A stretch of 64,000 bases of DNA from Bacteroidota bacterium (GTDB taxonomy: Bacteria > Bacteroidota > Bacteroidia > Chitinophagales > Chitinophagaceae). The notes below the pieces were generated by a model. It did not search any database, was not told the DNA's origin, and saw nothing but the letters and a program-made list of their open reading frames with translations. The stretch's first letter is position 1, and each line of letters begins with the position of its first letter. Location: NCBI GenBank assembly GCA_018267545.1, contig JAFDYG010000465.1:15556-79555 (forward strand). Direction: 5' to 3'. This document shows positions 1 to 9,566 of the stretch, in pieces. Position numbers and translations under genes: made by a program.

Positions 1-181
1 CGCTTTTAACGCGGGCACTTTCGATGAACCAGGGGAGCATCTCGTCCTTCTTTTCTTCGAGGAAAATCGTGCGCAGGCCTTTTAACGTCGTTTTCTTGCC
101 AAGGCGGTGTTGCAGAACGAGCTCGCCCTGCAATCCGAAGACAGCGACTAATTTACCAATATTGCGATAGTGAGTGGCCAT
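1..181 (-). CDS. rimM: RimM (16S rRNA processing protein), N-terminal part; gene runs off the window start
   Basis: Own translation from the minus-strand ATG at 181..179 gives MATHYRNIGKLVAVFGLQGELVLQHRLGKKTTLKGL..., which matches the RimM N-terminal signature (IGK..x..G.xGEL). It lies directly downstream of rpsP, as in the conserved rpsP-rimM arrangement. It is absent from the ORF track because the window edge truncates it. Confidence 0.7.
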   Translation of the reverse strand, partial: MATHYRNIGKLVAVFGLQGELVLQHRLGKKTTLKGLRTIFLEEKKDEMLPWFIESARVKS

Positions 182-211
182 AATAAAAACAGGAGGCCCG
201 GAAGCCTCCTG
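182..211 (-). terminator. Hairpin + U-tract between rpsP and rimM (intrinsic terminator/attenuator)
   Basis: There is an 8-bp GC-rich stem, 190..197 (caggaggc) pairing with 204..211 (gcctcctg), and a 6-nt loop. On the minus strand it is followed by TTTTTATT (182..189), which abuts the rimM ATG. Confidence 0.45.
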
Positions 212-240
212 CGAGAATTACATTTTAAGACATAAAGCTA

Positions 241-708
241 CTATGCTTCTGCTGCTGCAGGTCCGCCTTCGCTCTTCCTTTCAACCCTTCTCATGGGAGG
301 ACCACCAGGACCTCTTCTGCCACCACCGCCGGGACGAGCCCTGCGATTGTCTTCCTGGCGCTTCTTCATTTGGGCTTCGTGCTCGCCATGCCACTTCTGG
401 AATTTCTCCATTGCAGCTGCGTCATCGAATAAACCTAATTTGACACCACGCAGTAAGTGTTTCAGATAGAGAACACCTTTGTACGAGAGAATACGGCGAA
501 CGGTATCCGTCGGCTGAGCACCTTTGTGCAACCAGTCGAGCGCTTTTTGGCGATCTAGTTGAACGGAAGCGGGAACAGTCAGGGGATTGTACGTACCGAT
601 TTTTTGGATGAATTTACCATCCCGGGGTGCACGGGCGTCGGCTACTACTATGAAGTAGAATGGCCGCTTCTTAGACCCGTGGCGTTGCAGTCTGATTTTA
701 ACTGGCAT
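241..708 (-). CDS. rpsP: 30S ribosomal protein S16 with a long basic Gly/Arg-rich C-terminal tail
   Basis: From ORF 241..792. The conserved S16 N-terminus [42 protein letters not shown] starts at the internal ATG 708..706, so I treat the 28 upstream codons as spurious. Confidence 0.9.
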   Translation of the reverse strand: MPVKIRLQRHGSKKRPFYFIVVADARAPRDGKFIQKIGTYNPLTVPASVQLDRQKALDWLHKGAQPTDTVRRILSYKGVLYLKHLLRGVKLGLFDDAAAMEKFQKWHGEHEAQMKKRQEDNRRARPGGGGRRGPGGPPMRRVERKSEGGPAAAEA

Positions 709-926
709 CTTAAATAGAAATTTAAATGCGTGAACAAATAAGGTTACATTTTTCTTGGGGTGCAAATATCGCACACCGCTATCACATTTCAAAAATAATA
801 CATCAACTTTTAAAGAGCGAATGTTGCAGTAAAAATTTTATAAACGGTGTAAAACTTTAACTTTCAACACTATTTTAGCAGTAATTGCTGAACCTGATAA
901 GGGTCAAAAATCTGCTTTTTAGGGGT

Positions 927-2246
927 TTATCTACGGCGCCCCAATGCCCCACCCATGGGCATTTTATTCATCATCTTCATCATCTGCTTCATCTGCTCGA
1001 ACTGCTTTAGGAATGCATTGACCTCGGCGATGTCTTTTCCCGCACCCTTGGCGAGGCGTTTACGACGGCTTTGATCGATGGAATCCGGATTAGCACGTTC
1101 GTACGGCGTCATGGAGTTGATGATCGCCTCGATGCCCTTGAAGGCGTCGTCGCTGATGTCGATGTCTTTTATAGCTTTACCCACGCCAGGAATCATACCT
1201 AGGAGGTCCTTGATGTTCCCCATCTTCTTGATCTGCTCGAGCTGTTGCTTGAAATCTTCGAAGTCGAACTGGTTTTTGCGGATTTTCTTCTCCAGCTTTT
1301 TCGCCTCGGCTTCGTCGAACTGGGCCTGGGCCTTTTCAACCAGGGTGGTGATGTCACCCATCCCCAGGATTCGCTGGGCCATACGCTCGGGGTAGAATAC
1401 GTCCAACGTATCCATTTTTTCCCCGCTGCTGATGAATTTGATGGGCTTGTTGACGGTGTATTTGATCGAAAGGGCGGCCCCACCGCGGGTGTCACCGTCC
1501 AGTTTCGTGAGGACGACACCGGAGAAGTCGAGACGGTCGTTAAAGGCCTTCGCCGTATTGACGGCGTCCTGACCGGTCATGGAGTCCACGACGAACAGGA
1601 TTTCGCCAGGATTGACCGCTCCCTTGATGGCTGCGACCTCTTTCATCATCGCCTCGTCGACGGCCAGGCGTCCGGCCGTATCCACGATGACGACGTTCTT
1701 ATTCTTGCTTTTGGCCTCTTTAATCGCATTTTGGGCGATCTGTACGGCGTCCTTGTTTTCAGGTTCGCTGTAGACGTCGACACCGATTTGTCCGCCGAGG
1801 ACCCTGAGCTGCTCGATCGCCGCAGGGCGATAGATATCGGCCGCCACGAGCATCGGGGAGAGGCCCTTACGCGATTTGAGATAGTTGGCGAGCTTGCCGC
1901 TAAAGGTCGTCTTACCGCTACCCTGGAGGCCGGCAATGAGGATGACCGCGGGGTTGCCCTTGGCGTTGAGCTCGCTTTCGGAGCCGCCCATGAGGTCGAC
2001 CAGCTCGTCCTTGACGATCTTGACCATGAGCTGACCGGGGCTGACGGCCGTAAGGACTTTATTGCCCATGGCCTTGTCGCGGACCGTATCCGTAAATTCT
2101 TTGGCTATTTTGAAGTTGACGTCCGCGTCGATGAGCGCACGGCGTATGTCTTTGACCGTTGCTGCGATGTTCAGCTCGGTGATACGGCCTTCCCCCTTGA
2201 TCTGTTTAAACGCTGACTCGAGCCGTTCCGACAAATTCTCAAACAT
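927..2246 (-). CDS. ffh: Signal recognition particle protein Ffh (SRP54 GTPase)
   Basis: The 439-aa ORF has an N domain, G-domain motifs GLQGSGKTT, DTAGR and TKLDGD, and a Met-rich M domain (QMKQMMKMMNKMP). Confidence 0.95.
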   Translation of the reverse strand: MFENLSERLESAFKQIKGEGRITELNIAATVKDIRRALIDADVNFKIAKEFTDTVRDKAMGNKVLTAVSPGQLMVKIVKDELVDLMGGSESELNAKGNPAVILIAGLQGSGKTTFSGKLANYLKSRKGLSPMLVAADIYRPAAIEQLRVLGGQIGVDVYSEPENKDAVQIAQNAIKEAKSKNKNVVIVDTAGRLAVDEAMMKEVAAIKGAVNPGEILFVVDSMTGQDAVNTAKAFNDRLDFSGVVLTKLDGDTRGGAALSIKYTVNKPIKFISSGEKMDTLDVFYPERMAQRILGMGDITTLVEKAQAQFDEAEAKKLEKKIRKNQFDFEDFKQQLEQIKKMGNIKDLLGMIPGVGKAIKDIDISDDAFKGIEAIINSMTPYERANPDSIDQSRRKRLAKGAGKDIAEVNAFLKQFEQMKQMMKMMNKMPMGGALGRRR

Positions 2247-2269
2247 GTGGTGACTTTATTTACATTGAA

Positions 2270-2309
2270 TTGCTATAAAAAATTTAGAAAATATAATTTT
2301 TTATAGCAA
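2270..2309. repeat. Perfect 15-bp AT-rich inverted repeat (10-nt spacer) 24 nt upstream of the ffh start
   Basis: ttgctataaaaaatt (2270..2284) is the exact reverse complement of aattttttatagcaa (2295..2309). Confidence 0.8.
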
Positions 2310-2326
2310 CTCCGTTAATGATTTTG

Positions 2327-2347
2327 TAACTGGACTCCGTCCAGTTA
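2327..2347. other. 9-bp stem / 3-nt loop hairpin in the rpoD-ffh intergenic region
   Basis: taactggac (2327..2335) pairs with gtccagtta (2339..2347). No adjacent U-tract is present on either strand. Confidence 0.5.
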
Positions 2348-2350
2348 AAT

Positions 2351-2382
2351 GAAAAAAGTGAATATAACCAGGTTATATTCAC
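2351..2382 (-). terminator. Rho-independent terminator downstream of rpoD
   Basis: Palindrome gtgaatataacc-a-ggttatattcac (2358..2382) gives about a 10-bp stem and a 5-nt loop. On the minus strand it is followed by TTTTTTC (2357..2351). It sits 84 nt after the rpoD stop. Confidence 0.55.
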
Positions 2383-2465
2383 TCTAAAGAGGGTCAAAAT
2401 TAAGAAAAAGTAGTGTATTATTTCTTCAAATATTTCGCTTTTTAGTGCGCCGGCCGCAGCAGGCT

Positions 2466-3341
2466 TTAAATACCGAGATAACTCCGCAGCATTTTGGACC
2501 GGGAATTACTCCGCAGCTTGGTGATCGCCTTATCCTTGATCTGACGGACGCGTTCGCGGGTCAGATTGAACTTTTCGCCGATGTCCTCGAGGCTCATCGG
2601 GTGGTCCACGCCGATGCCGAAGAAGAAGCAAATCACCTCTTTCTGGCGTTCGGTAAGGGTTTTTAAAGAGCGATCTATCTCTTGTTTCAGGGATTCCTTG
2701 TGCTCGATATTCGTCTCGGCCCGCTCGGCATTGGGGTTCTCGAGGACGTCGATGAGGGTATTGTCCTCACCTTCCGACAGCGGGGTGTCCATGCTGACGT
2801 GACGGGCGGATATGCCCAGGGTCGACGAGACTTCCTCGATGTCCAGTTCCAGGATCTCGGCCAGCTCCTCTGCAGAGGGCTCGCGCTCAAATTCCTGTTC
2901 CAGCTGCGAGTAGGCTTTTTGTATACGGTTCGTCAGGCCCACTTTATTGAGCGGCAGACGGACGATACGCGACTGTTCGGCCAGCGCCTGCAGGATGCTC
3001 TGGCGAATCCACCATACTGCGTAAGAAATGAATTTGAACCCGCGCGTTTCGTCGAAACGCTGAGCGGCTTTGATCAAGCCAAGATTACCTTCATTGATTA
3101 AATCGGGAAGGGACAGACCTTGATTCTGGTACTGTTTGGCTACGGATACAACAAAGCGGAGATTGGCTTTGGTTAATTTATCGAGAGCTCTTTGATCTCC
3201 CTGCTTTATACGAATGGCGAGTTTGACTTCTTCTTCGGGACTGATCAACTCGACTTTTCCTATTTCCTGCAGGTACTTCTCCAGGCTCTGAGATTCACGA
3301 TTAGTTATACTCTTCGTGATCTTCAGTTGACGCATGCTCAT
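2466..3341 (-). CDS. rpoD: Primary-type RNA polymerase sigma-70 factor (short Bacteroidota RpoD/SigA form)
   Basis: The 291-aa ORF begins [24 protein letters not shown]. Region 2 is present ([19 protein letters not shown]), as is the region 4 HTH ([14 protein letters not shown]). There is no long region 1.1, as is typical for Bacteroidota. Confidence 0.9.
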   Translation of the reverse strand: MSMRQLKITKSITNRESQSLEKYLQEIGKVELISPEEEVKLAIRIKQGDQRALDKLTKANLRFVVSVAKQYQNQGLSLPDLINEGNLGLIKAAQRFDETRGFKFISYAVWWIRQSILQALAEQSRIVRLPLNKVGLTNRIQKAYSQLEQEFEREPSAEELAEILELDIEEVSSTLGISARHVSMDTPLSEGEDNTLIDVLENPNAERAETNIEHKESLKQEIDRSLKTLTERQKEVICFFFGIGVDHPMSLEDIGEKFNLTRERVRQIKDKAITKLRSNSRSKMLRSYLGI

Positions 3342-3770
3342 AGGCAGAGGTCTTTAAAGGGTTTTTAGGTTTAAGGCTACTTTAAATGGATTTGAACTGG
3401 ATTATGTTAAATGTGTAACAGTTTAGCTCTGGTAAAAACGAATAATTTATCCTTTTCGTGCATCAAATAGTCGTCAACTGATTCCTGTAGATGAGACTAG
3501 CAATTTAACGATTTCCATACGCCTTACCAATTTTTTTACTAAAGACTTGACAATCAACATAAATATGTTAAAAATAAATTAAAATCTACCCACAAACCAT
3601 TAGGAAACTTGGGGTAAAAAAAATTTTGACGGTTGAATTTTTTTTATATCATTGCACAAGCCGGTCGGGAGCATAAAAGCATAAAAGTTGATAAACCCGG
3701 GTTTCCGGCCTACCAGGTTCTTGATTAATAGCATAGGGGAGGCTTGGTCCAAACGATTCAATCGCAATAG

Positions 3771-4151
3771 ATGAGTAAGAAACAAATATTTACGTTAGAG
3801 TATCCGGTTAGATGTTCACCCTCGATCTTATACGAATTTTTAAGCACGCCTGCTGGACTGCAGGAGTGGTTTGCAGATAAGGTAGACGAACGGGATAATG
3901 TGTTCAGCTTTTCCTGGAATGGCACCACCGATAAAGCGGAAGTAACCGAAAGCGAGTTCGAGAAGTTCATTCGTTTTCACTGGATAGAGGCTCCCGCCGA
4001 AGAATTTTTCGAGTTTCGTATCGAAAAGTCGGAGGTTACCAATCAGACCATCCTGGTCATCAAAGACTTTGCTGGAAAGGGTGAGGTGAAAGATCAAAGC
4101 CAGCTCTGGAGCTATCAGGTGAAAGACCTTTTTCACCGGTTAGGCAACTAG
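3771..4151 (+). CDS. Small START/AHSA1-like (SRPBCC-fold) protein
   Basis: The 126-aa ORF has the pattern PS.LYEFLSTP.GL..WFADKV...F.F.W found in small START-like proteins of Bacteroidota. The assignment is from memory of that family. Confidence 0.45.
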   Translation: MSKKQIFTLEYPVRCSPSILYEFLSTPAGLQEWFADKVDERDNVFSFSWNGTTDKAEVTESEFEKFIRFHWIEAPAEEFFEFRIEKSEVTNQTILVIKDFAGKGEVKDQSQLWSYQVKDLFHRLGN

Positions 4152-4709
4152 TACGCCTACCAATACCCGAAAAAATTCAGTTAGTATTTCAGGTGCTTCC
4201 TCCCAACGGTGCGGACCACACGCAGCCGATAGTTTCAAGAATTCTCCTTCCGTTTCCAGATCGTCCGCTCTGACGAGCGGCCGGTAGTTTTCTTCCGTAT
4301 GCTCGTGCTGCCATTCGTCTTCGGTCAGGCTTACGTGAAAGCCTGCGCCGGCCAGGACCTCCCAATGAGCTTTTAGTTCCGGAAGAAGCCGATCGCGATG
4401 AGCCCCCTTTAAGTGCAGAGTGATGCTAAATCCATGTCCCCACCAGAAGAAGGTCCGTATAGCCAGGACGTCCTCGCGGCCGAAGAGCCGGGGATAATCC
4501 AGCATCACATACGGCAGCTCCTTATAATTTTCTCCCTTTGAAATCTTTGGAGACGGTCCCGGCGCCGCCCACGCCGCCCGATACTCGTCCGCCAGCGCCG
4601 CAAACGCCTCCACCACCTTCTTTATAATGGAATTCTTCGTTAAAATGACCCCGGAATCCATTACCAGCCTCATTTCCTCTGACGAAAGTTGTAACTTTGC
4701 GACGTTCAT
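4140..4709 (-). CDS. Hypothetical protein (189 aa)
   Basis: A clean ORF with host-like codon usage. I recognise no motif. Confidence 0.5.
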   Translation of the reverse strand: MNVAKLQLSSEEMRLVMDSGVILTKNSIIKKVVEAFAALADEYRAAWAAPGPSPKISKGENYKELPYVMLDYPRLFGREDVLAIRTFFWWGHGFSITLHLKGAHRDRLLPELKAHWEVLAGAGFHVSLTEDEWQHEHTEENYRPLVRADDLETEGEFLKLSAACGPHRWEEAPEILTEFFRVLVGVLVA

Positions 4710-4739
4710 AAGTATTAATATTTTATAAAGATACCATCC

Positions 4740-6449
4740 TTGTTCAAAAAGCTGGATCTATTGATTGTAAAGGCCTTTATCGGGCCTTTTGTCGCCACCT
4801 TCTTCATCACCCTATTCGTATTGGTGCTGCAGTTCTTCTGGCTTTACATCGATGACGTCGTCGGGAAGGGGATCGATCCGCTGACCGTAGGCCAGCTGGT
4901 CTTCTACCTGAGCGCAACCCTCGTCCCCCTCGCCCTGCCCCTGGCCGTCCTGCTGTCCTCGATCATGACCCTGGGTAACCTCGGCGAGACCTTCGAGCTG
5001 GTCGCCATCAAGTCCGCAGGCATTTCCCTGCTCCGCTTCCTGCGCCCCCTTTTCTTCGTGAGCATCCTGCTTTGTATCATCGCCTTCTTTTTCAATAACA
5101 ACCTCCTGCCGATCGCCAACCTGAAGATGAATACGATCAAGTACGACATCATCATGACCAAGCCGGCGTTCGACATCAAGGAAGGGGTCTTTTATGATCG
5201 GATCGAAGGCTTCGTCATCAAAATCGGCAAAAAAGAAAAAGACGACTCCACGATCCGCAACGTAGTCATCTACGAACAAAGCAACGGCACCCAGCAGGAT
5301 AATATGATTATCGCCGACGAAGGGACAATGGTCGTCACCCCGGACAAGCAATCCCTCGTCTTCACGCTCCGCAACGGCTCCCGTTACCAGGAGGACGCCG
5401 GCCGCAGCGGCGTTTCCAACGGTACACAGCTGGTCCGCATGTCGTTCAAGCAATACAAGAAGGTGATGGACCTCAGCTCCTTCAAGATGAGCAAGACCGA
5501 CGACAGCAGCTTCCGCAATAACTTCCAGATGAAGACGATCTTCCAGCTGGGTAAGAGCATCGATTCGGTAAAAAACGTCGTCAAAGATTTTTCAAAGAAA
5601 GCCGGACAGACCGTAGCGTATAACGTAAAGGTCCGTAGCTATCTCGATACCTCCGGCTGGGATAAAGTGGAGAAGGGCCCAGCCCCGACCTACCTCAAGT
5701 CCGAAGCAGTGGCTAAAGACTCGGTCCGCAAACTATGGGCAGTGGCGGTCAAAAAAGAAGATTCCACGCAGCACGCCAAGGACTCGCTGGATAAGGTAGC
5801 AGCCCAGCTCGCCAAGACGGGCAAGAAACCGGCTACCCCTGCCGCGGGAGCGCCAGCCCTCCCCGCCCCTGCCGCCGCCGACGCCGCGACAAAGCCCAAA
5901 TTATCGAAAACCCCGCCCGACCCGGTCTTTGCCGATCTATTGCCCGACAGCGTCTATAGCACCGTCCTGGAACGCACTAATTCCACCGTCAACAGCACGA
6001 AAATCTCCCTCGACCAACCCGCGGTCCTATACAGCAACGAATCCGGCAACGTCCGCCAGCAGGAATCCGCCTGGCACGAAAAGATAACCCTGGCCGTGGC
6101 CGTCATCGTCATGTTCCTGATCGGCGCGCCCCTGGGCTCCATCATCCGCAAGGGCGGGATCGGCCTGCCGCTGGTCTTTGCCGTGATCTTCTTCGTCGTC
6201 TTCTTCCTGTTGAATAATTTCGGGAAGAAATTTGTCAGCCAGGCCGTCCTTACCCCTATCGCCGGGATGTGGATGGCGACCTATGTGCTGACGCCTATCG
6301 GCCTCTTCCTGACCTATAAAGCCCTGAACGACTCCCAGCTGTTCAATAAGGAATTTTATTTCCGGTTGACAAAGAATATCCGGACTTTTGCCGACCGGGT
6401 CCGCAAATGGAGAGAAACAAGGAAAATATCAGTGTCCAAAAATGGGTAG
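4740..6449 (+). CDS. LptF/LptG (YjgP/YjgQ) family permease
   Basis: It has a TTG start. The N-terminal MFKKLDLLIVKAFIGPFVATFFITLFVLVLQFFW plus two more TM helices, a large periplasmic insert and three C-terminal TM helices give the YjgP/YjgQ topology. It contains an Ala/Pro/Lys-rich low-complexity stretch (~5790..5920). Confidence 0.7.
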   Translation: MFKKLDLLIVKAFIGPFVATFFITLFVLVLQFFWLYIDDVVGKGIDPLTVGQLVFYLSATLVPLALPLAVLLSSIMTLGNLGETFELVAIKSAGISLLRFLRPLFFVSILLCIIAFFFNNNLLPIANLKMNTIKYDIIMTKPAFDIKEGVFYDRIEGFVIKIGKKEKDDSTIRNVVIYEQSNGTQQDNMIIADEGTMVVTPDKQSLVFTLRNGSRYQEDAGRSGVSNGTQLVRMSFKQYKKVMDLSSFKMSKTDDSSFRNNFQMKTIFQLGKSIDSVKNVVKDFSKKAGQTVAYNVKVRSYLDTSGWDKVEKGPAPTYLKSEAVAKDSVRKLWAVAVKKEDSTQHAKDSLDKVAAQLAKTGKKPATPAAGAPALPAPAAADAATKPKLSKTPPDPVFADLLPDSVYSTVLERTNSTVNSTKISLDQPAVLYSNESGNVRQQESAWHEKITLAVAVIVMFLIGAPLGSIIRKGGIGLPLVFAVIFFVVFFLLNNFGKKFVSQAVLTPIAGMWMATYVLTPIGLFLTYKALNDSQLFNKEFYFRLTKNIRTFADRVRKWRETRKISVSKNG

Positions 6450-7429
6450 TCGCGGTAGCTGTCCTCTTATTCTTCCTCAAGCTAGCCGCCTACTATCTAA
6501 CTCAGTCCGTGGCCGTCCTGACCGACGCCCTGGAGAGTACCGTCAATGTCATTGCCGGATTCATCGCATTATATAGCCTCTATGTAGCCGCAAAGCCCCG
6601 TGACGAAGATCACCCATACGGTCATGGCAAGGCCGAATTCCTCTCTGCCGCAGTCGAAGGTTCCCTCGTCTTTATGGCCGGTCTCATCATCATCTACGAG
6701 TCCATCATGAGCCTCCTGCACCCCCACACGCTGGAGAAGCTCGATAAAGGGATTTATATTGTTGCTTTTACTGCCATTGTCAATTATATCGTAGGCGCCA
6801 TCTGTATCCAAAAAGGCAGGAAGAACAATTCCATGGCCTTGCAGGCGGGCGGAAAGCACCTGCAAACCGACACCTACAGTACCATCGGCATCATCGTCGG
6901 GCTCGGCATCATCTGGTTCACCAGGCTCGTCTGGATCGACAGCGTGGTCTCCATTATCTTCGCCCTCATCATCCTCTACACCGGTTACGGCATCCTCCGC
7001 AAATCCATCGCCGGCATCATGGACGAAGCCGACGTCCAGCTGCTACAAAACATGATCTCCTATGTCAACTCCAACCGCCGCCCCAATTGGATCGACCTGC
7101 ACAACCTGCGCGTAATCAAGTACGGCGACATCCTGCACGTCGACTGCCACCTGACCGTTCCCTGGTACCTGAACGTGGTCGAGGCCCACGCCGAGATCGA
7201 CGCGCTGACGGCGCTGATCCGCTCGCGTTTCGGGGAGTCGATGGAGTTCTTCGTCCATACCGACCCCTGCCTGGATTTCTCCTGTAATATTTGCACGAAG
7301 GAAAATTGCAGTGTGCGCAAGCATGCTTTCGAGCAGCGTATTGAGTGGGATTTGAACAACGTCGTGCTTAACAAAAAACATCAAAGTCCATCCACTTCGA
7401 AGGAGCAGCTGCAATTGGAATTTCCGTAA
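6407..7429 (+). CDS. Cation diffusion facilitator (CDF) family metal efflux transporter
   Basis: It has six TM helices, the motifs SVAVLTDALES and HPYGHGKAEF, and a C-terminal cytoplasmic domain (IHDLRVIKYG-like, HVDCHLTV). The annotated start overlaps the upstream gene by 43 nt. Confidence 0.85.
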   Translation: MERNKENISVQKWVVAVAVLLFFLKLAAYYLTQSVAVLTDALESTVNVIAGFIALYSLYVAAKPRDEDHPYGHGKAEFLSAAVEGSLVFMAGLIIIYESIMSLLHPHTLEKLDKGIYIVAFTAIVNYIVGAICIQKGRKNNSMALQAGGKHLQTDTYSTIGIIVGLGIIWFTRLVWIDSVVSIIFALIILYTGYGILRKSIAGIMDEADVQLLQNMISYVNSNRRPNWIDLHNLRVIKYGDILHVDCHLTVPWYLNVVEAHAEIDALTALIRSRFGESMEFFVHTDPCLDFSCNICTKENCSVRKHAFEQRIEWDLNNVVLNKKHQSPSTSKEQLQLEFP

Positions 7430-7451
7430 CTTGTAGGAAATAAACCTTCCT

Positions 7452-8072
7452 ATGTTGCCTGCTCACCGCGTCCTGATTGCGGGATTGATTTTTTTCGCTG
7501 CTTGTAGTGATGGTCTGCGCAACAACGCACCTGCCGTCGCTGCCGGAGTCCACTTCGAAGACACGCTTACCTGGACAGCCGTTTGCGCCAAAGCCAAAGC
7601 CGAGAACAAATATATTTTTGTCGATTGTTATGCCAGCTGGTGTGGGCCTTGTAAGATGATGAACCGGGAAGTCTTCCCCCAACCCGAAGTAGGTGAATAT
7701 TTCAACCAACATTTCGTAAGTATCGGCGTCCAGCTAGACTCCACCGCCGCCGATGATTCGATCGTCCGCCGTCGCTACAAGCTGGGCTATTTGCTAAAGA
7801 CCCAATTCGGGATTCATGCCTTTCCGACCTTCCTCGTCTTCACCCCAGATGGCCGGGCGCTGCATAGGCTAACAGGAGCAAGACGCGACCCCACCGCATT
7901 CATCCGAGACGTCAGTGAAGTCTACGACACGACCCGGCAGTATTATACACAGCTAAACCAATTTATTCACGGACGCCGCGACAGCGCATTTCTTGGAAAT
8001 CTGGCGTATAGCGCCAAGCAGAATTCAGACCCCGGGGTGGAACAGGCTGTCAATGCCGCGCTCTCCCGATGA
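7452..8072 (+). CDS. Secreted thioredoxin-fold protein (DUF255/thioredoxin-like)
   Basis: It has an N-terminal signal/lipoprotein-like sequence (LIFFAACS) and the WCGPC active-site motif in YASWCGPCKMM. Confidence 0.75.
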   Translation: MLPAHRVLIAGLIFFAACSDGLRNNAPAVAAGVHFEDTLTWTAVCAKAKAENKYIFVDCYASWCGPCKMMNREVFPQPEVGEYFNQHFVSIGVQLDSTAADDSIVRRRYKLGYLLKTQFGIHAFPTFLVFTPDGRALHRLTGARRDPTAFIRDVSEVYDTTRQYYTQLNQFIHGRRDSAFLGNLAYSAKQNSDPGVEQAVNAALSR

Positions 8073-8075
8073 GCA

Positions 8076-8645
8076 TCAATTACCGAAATGCTTGACATCG
8101 ATCTTAAAAAACGAAACCGGCAATGTCGACGGCTTGATTTCCATTGCGACATTTTCCATTTTAAACTGCTTATTATCAATAATTGTCTTTAAAGGCAAAG
8201 AATGAGTTTTCTCTGCAAAAAAGGCCCAGTTACCATAGCGATGCTTCGCATAAGCGCTGCTATTTATCTTATACTTTGGGTTGTAATAAAAAGTAGTCGA
8301 CCCGCTCGTCGTTTTAATGAACAATGCATCGCATGGGATTCCCATTACTGTCTCCGCATTTTTAGTCATCTTAAACTCCAGGACACTGTCCGAAGGCTTT
8401 GACGCATCGATAACCATTACCGAATCGGTCCCCTTGCTTCCAAGATATAATTGATTCGTCTGGTCATCATAGATCTGTACATTCATTTGACTTCCATTGG
8501 TAAGCGATTTATACTGGCGGTCTTTAATATAACATTCCTGCCGGCTGCCAAGGATAGCCTCGAATTTGTCTGAGGGAAACCCTGGAATCTTGCTTACCAC
8601 GGTGTTTTTATATACTATTTCGCCTCGATAAAATACTTCATACAA
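8076..8645 (-). CDS. Hypothetical protein, possibly a 5'-truncated remnant
   Basis: An AT-rich ORF with only a TTG start, 6 codons after an in-frame stop. It has no signal peptide and no recognisable motif. Confidence 0.35.
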   Translation of the reverse strand: MYEVFYRGEIVYKNTVVSKIPGFPSDKFEAILGSRQECYIKDRQYKSLTNGSQMNVQIYDDQTNQLYLGSKGTDSVMVIDASKPSDSVLEFKMTKNAETVMGIPCDALFIKTTSGSTTFYYNPKYKINSSAYAKHRYGNWAFFAEKTHSLPLKTIIDNKQFKMENVAMEIKPSTLPVSFFKIDVKHFGN

Positions 8646-8980
8646 ATCTATTTCTTGGTTCTAAAATTGAGCTCTACACTCCTAATCGATCGATCACATA
8701 AGCCATGGGGGAAAAATAAACAGAGCGGTAATAGCGTCTAGGCGCGAGTCTACGCAACTTAGGCTGGGAAGGAAAGATTCTCATGTGAAAAGGTCAGTTT
8801 AAGGATTAAGCGTAACGAAATAAGCGAAAGATTGCGAAGATTCCTAGTATAATCCATCTGTTTTTTTAGACGCTCCCCCAATATTCCTCTTTAAAATCCA
8901 CGTTTAATACCAGAAAACCGTGCAAAAAGATAACACCCCCGCTGACAGCATGGAGTAAATTCGTACAAACCGCAAGCGCC

Positions 8981-9565
8981 ATGTTCGACTACATCGATAA
9001 CATCGTCACCGCCTGTATTCCCCTGACCGAGGAGGAACGGCTCATCTTTCATTCGCTCCTGCGCTACAGAAGAATACGAAAGCGGTCTTTCCTCCTACAG
9101 GAAGGAGAAATCTGCAGCTTCGACGCTTTCATACTCAAGGGCTGCTTCCGCAGCTTCTATATGAATGAGGACGGGGGCGAGATCAACCTCAGCTTCTCCA
9201 TAGAAGGAAACTGGGTAAGCGACCCACAGAGCCTTGGCGACCAAGAGCCCTCCGACCTATTTATCGAATCATTGGAAGAAGGCGAGGTGCTTTTGCTGGA
9301 CCATCGCGGCCGTACCGAGCTGCTCGAGCGGGTACCAAAGTTCGAGCGTTTCTTCCGCCTGCTGCTACAGCGAAACCTTGCCAGCCTACAGCGACGCTGG
9401 CACGCGTCGGTGTCGCATTCCGCACAGCAGCGATATACAACCTTTATCGAAGTGTACCCGCAGATCGCGCAGCGGGTTACACAAACGCAGATCGCCAGGT
9501 ATATCGGGGTGAGCCCGGAATTTTTGAGCAAGATGCGGAGCTCGATGTATCGGCGGGTTAGCTAG
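8981..9565 (+). CDS. Crp/Fnr family transcriptional regulator
   Basis: The 194-aa ORF has a cNMP-binding beta-barrel (LLQEGE....F.ILKGC.R) followed by a C-terminal HTH (TQTQIARYIGVSPEFLSKMR). Confidence 0.8.
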   Translation: MFDYIDNIVTACIPLTEEERLIFHSLLRYRRIRKRSFLLQEGEICSFDAFILKGCFRSFYMNEDGGEINLSFSIEGNWVSDPQSLGDQEPSDLFIESLEEGEVLLLDHRGRTELLERVPKFERFFRLLLQRNLASLQRRWHASVSHSAQQRYTTFIEVYPQIAQRVTQTQIARYIGVSPEFLSKMRSSMYRRVS

Positions 9566-9566
9566 C

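Noticed and set aside
174-443. An 89-aa plus-strand ORF spanning the rimM start, the spacer and the rpsP 3' end.
   Set aside because: It overlaps two well-supported minus-strand genes and the intergenic hairpin, and has no motif.
1245-2216. A 323-aa plus-strand ORF inside ffh, plus other nested ORFs at 1078..1395, 1199..1519 and 1646..1936.
   Set aside because: It is antisense or out of frame relative to the unambiguous ffh coding sequence. The translation is low-complexity (D/G/V/R/L-rich), as expected from the stop-poor antisense frame of a GC-rich, C3-biased gene.
3626-3654. A possible Bacteroidota-type promoter (TTG at 3626..3628, TAtcATTG at 3647..3654) for the START-like gene.
   Set aside because: The -7 element deviates from the TAnnTTTG consensus, and several similar near-matches exist in this 430-bp AT-rich spacer. 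I cannot discriminate without TSS data.
8733-8874. An 8-bp inverted repeat (agcgtcta / tagacgct) 126 bp apart in the 335-bp non-coding gap, considered as possible MITE/IS ends.
   Set aside because: Only 8 bp match and the flanks do not extend the pairing. That is compatible with chance in this length of DNA, and I saw no target-site duplication.
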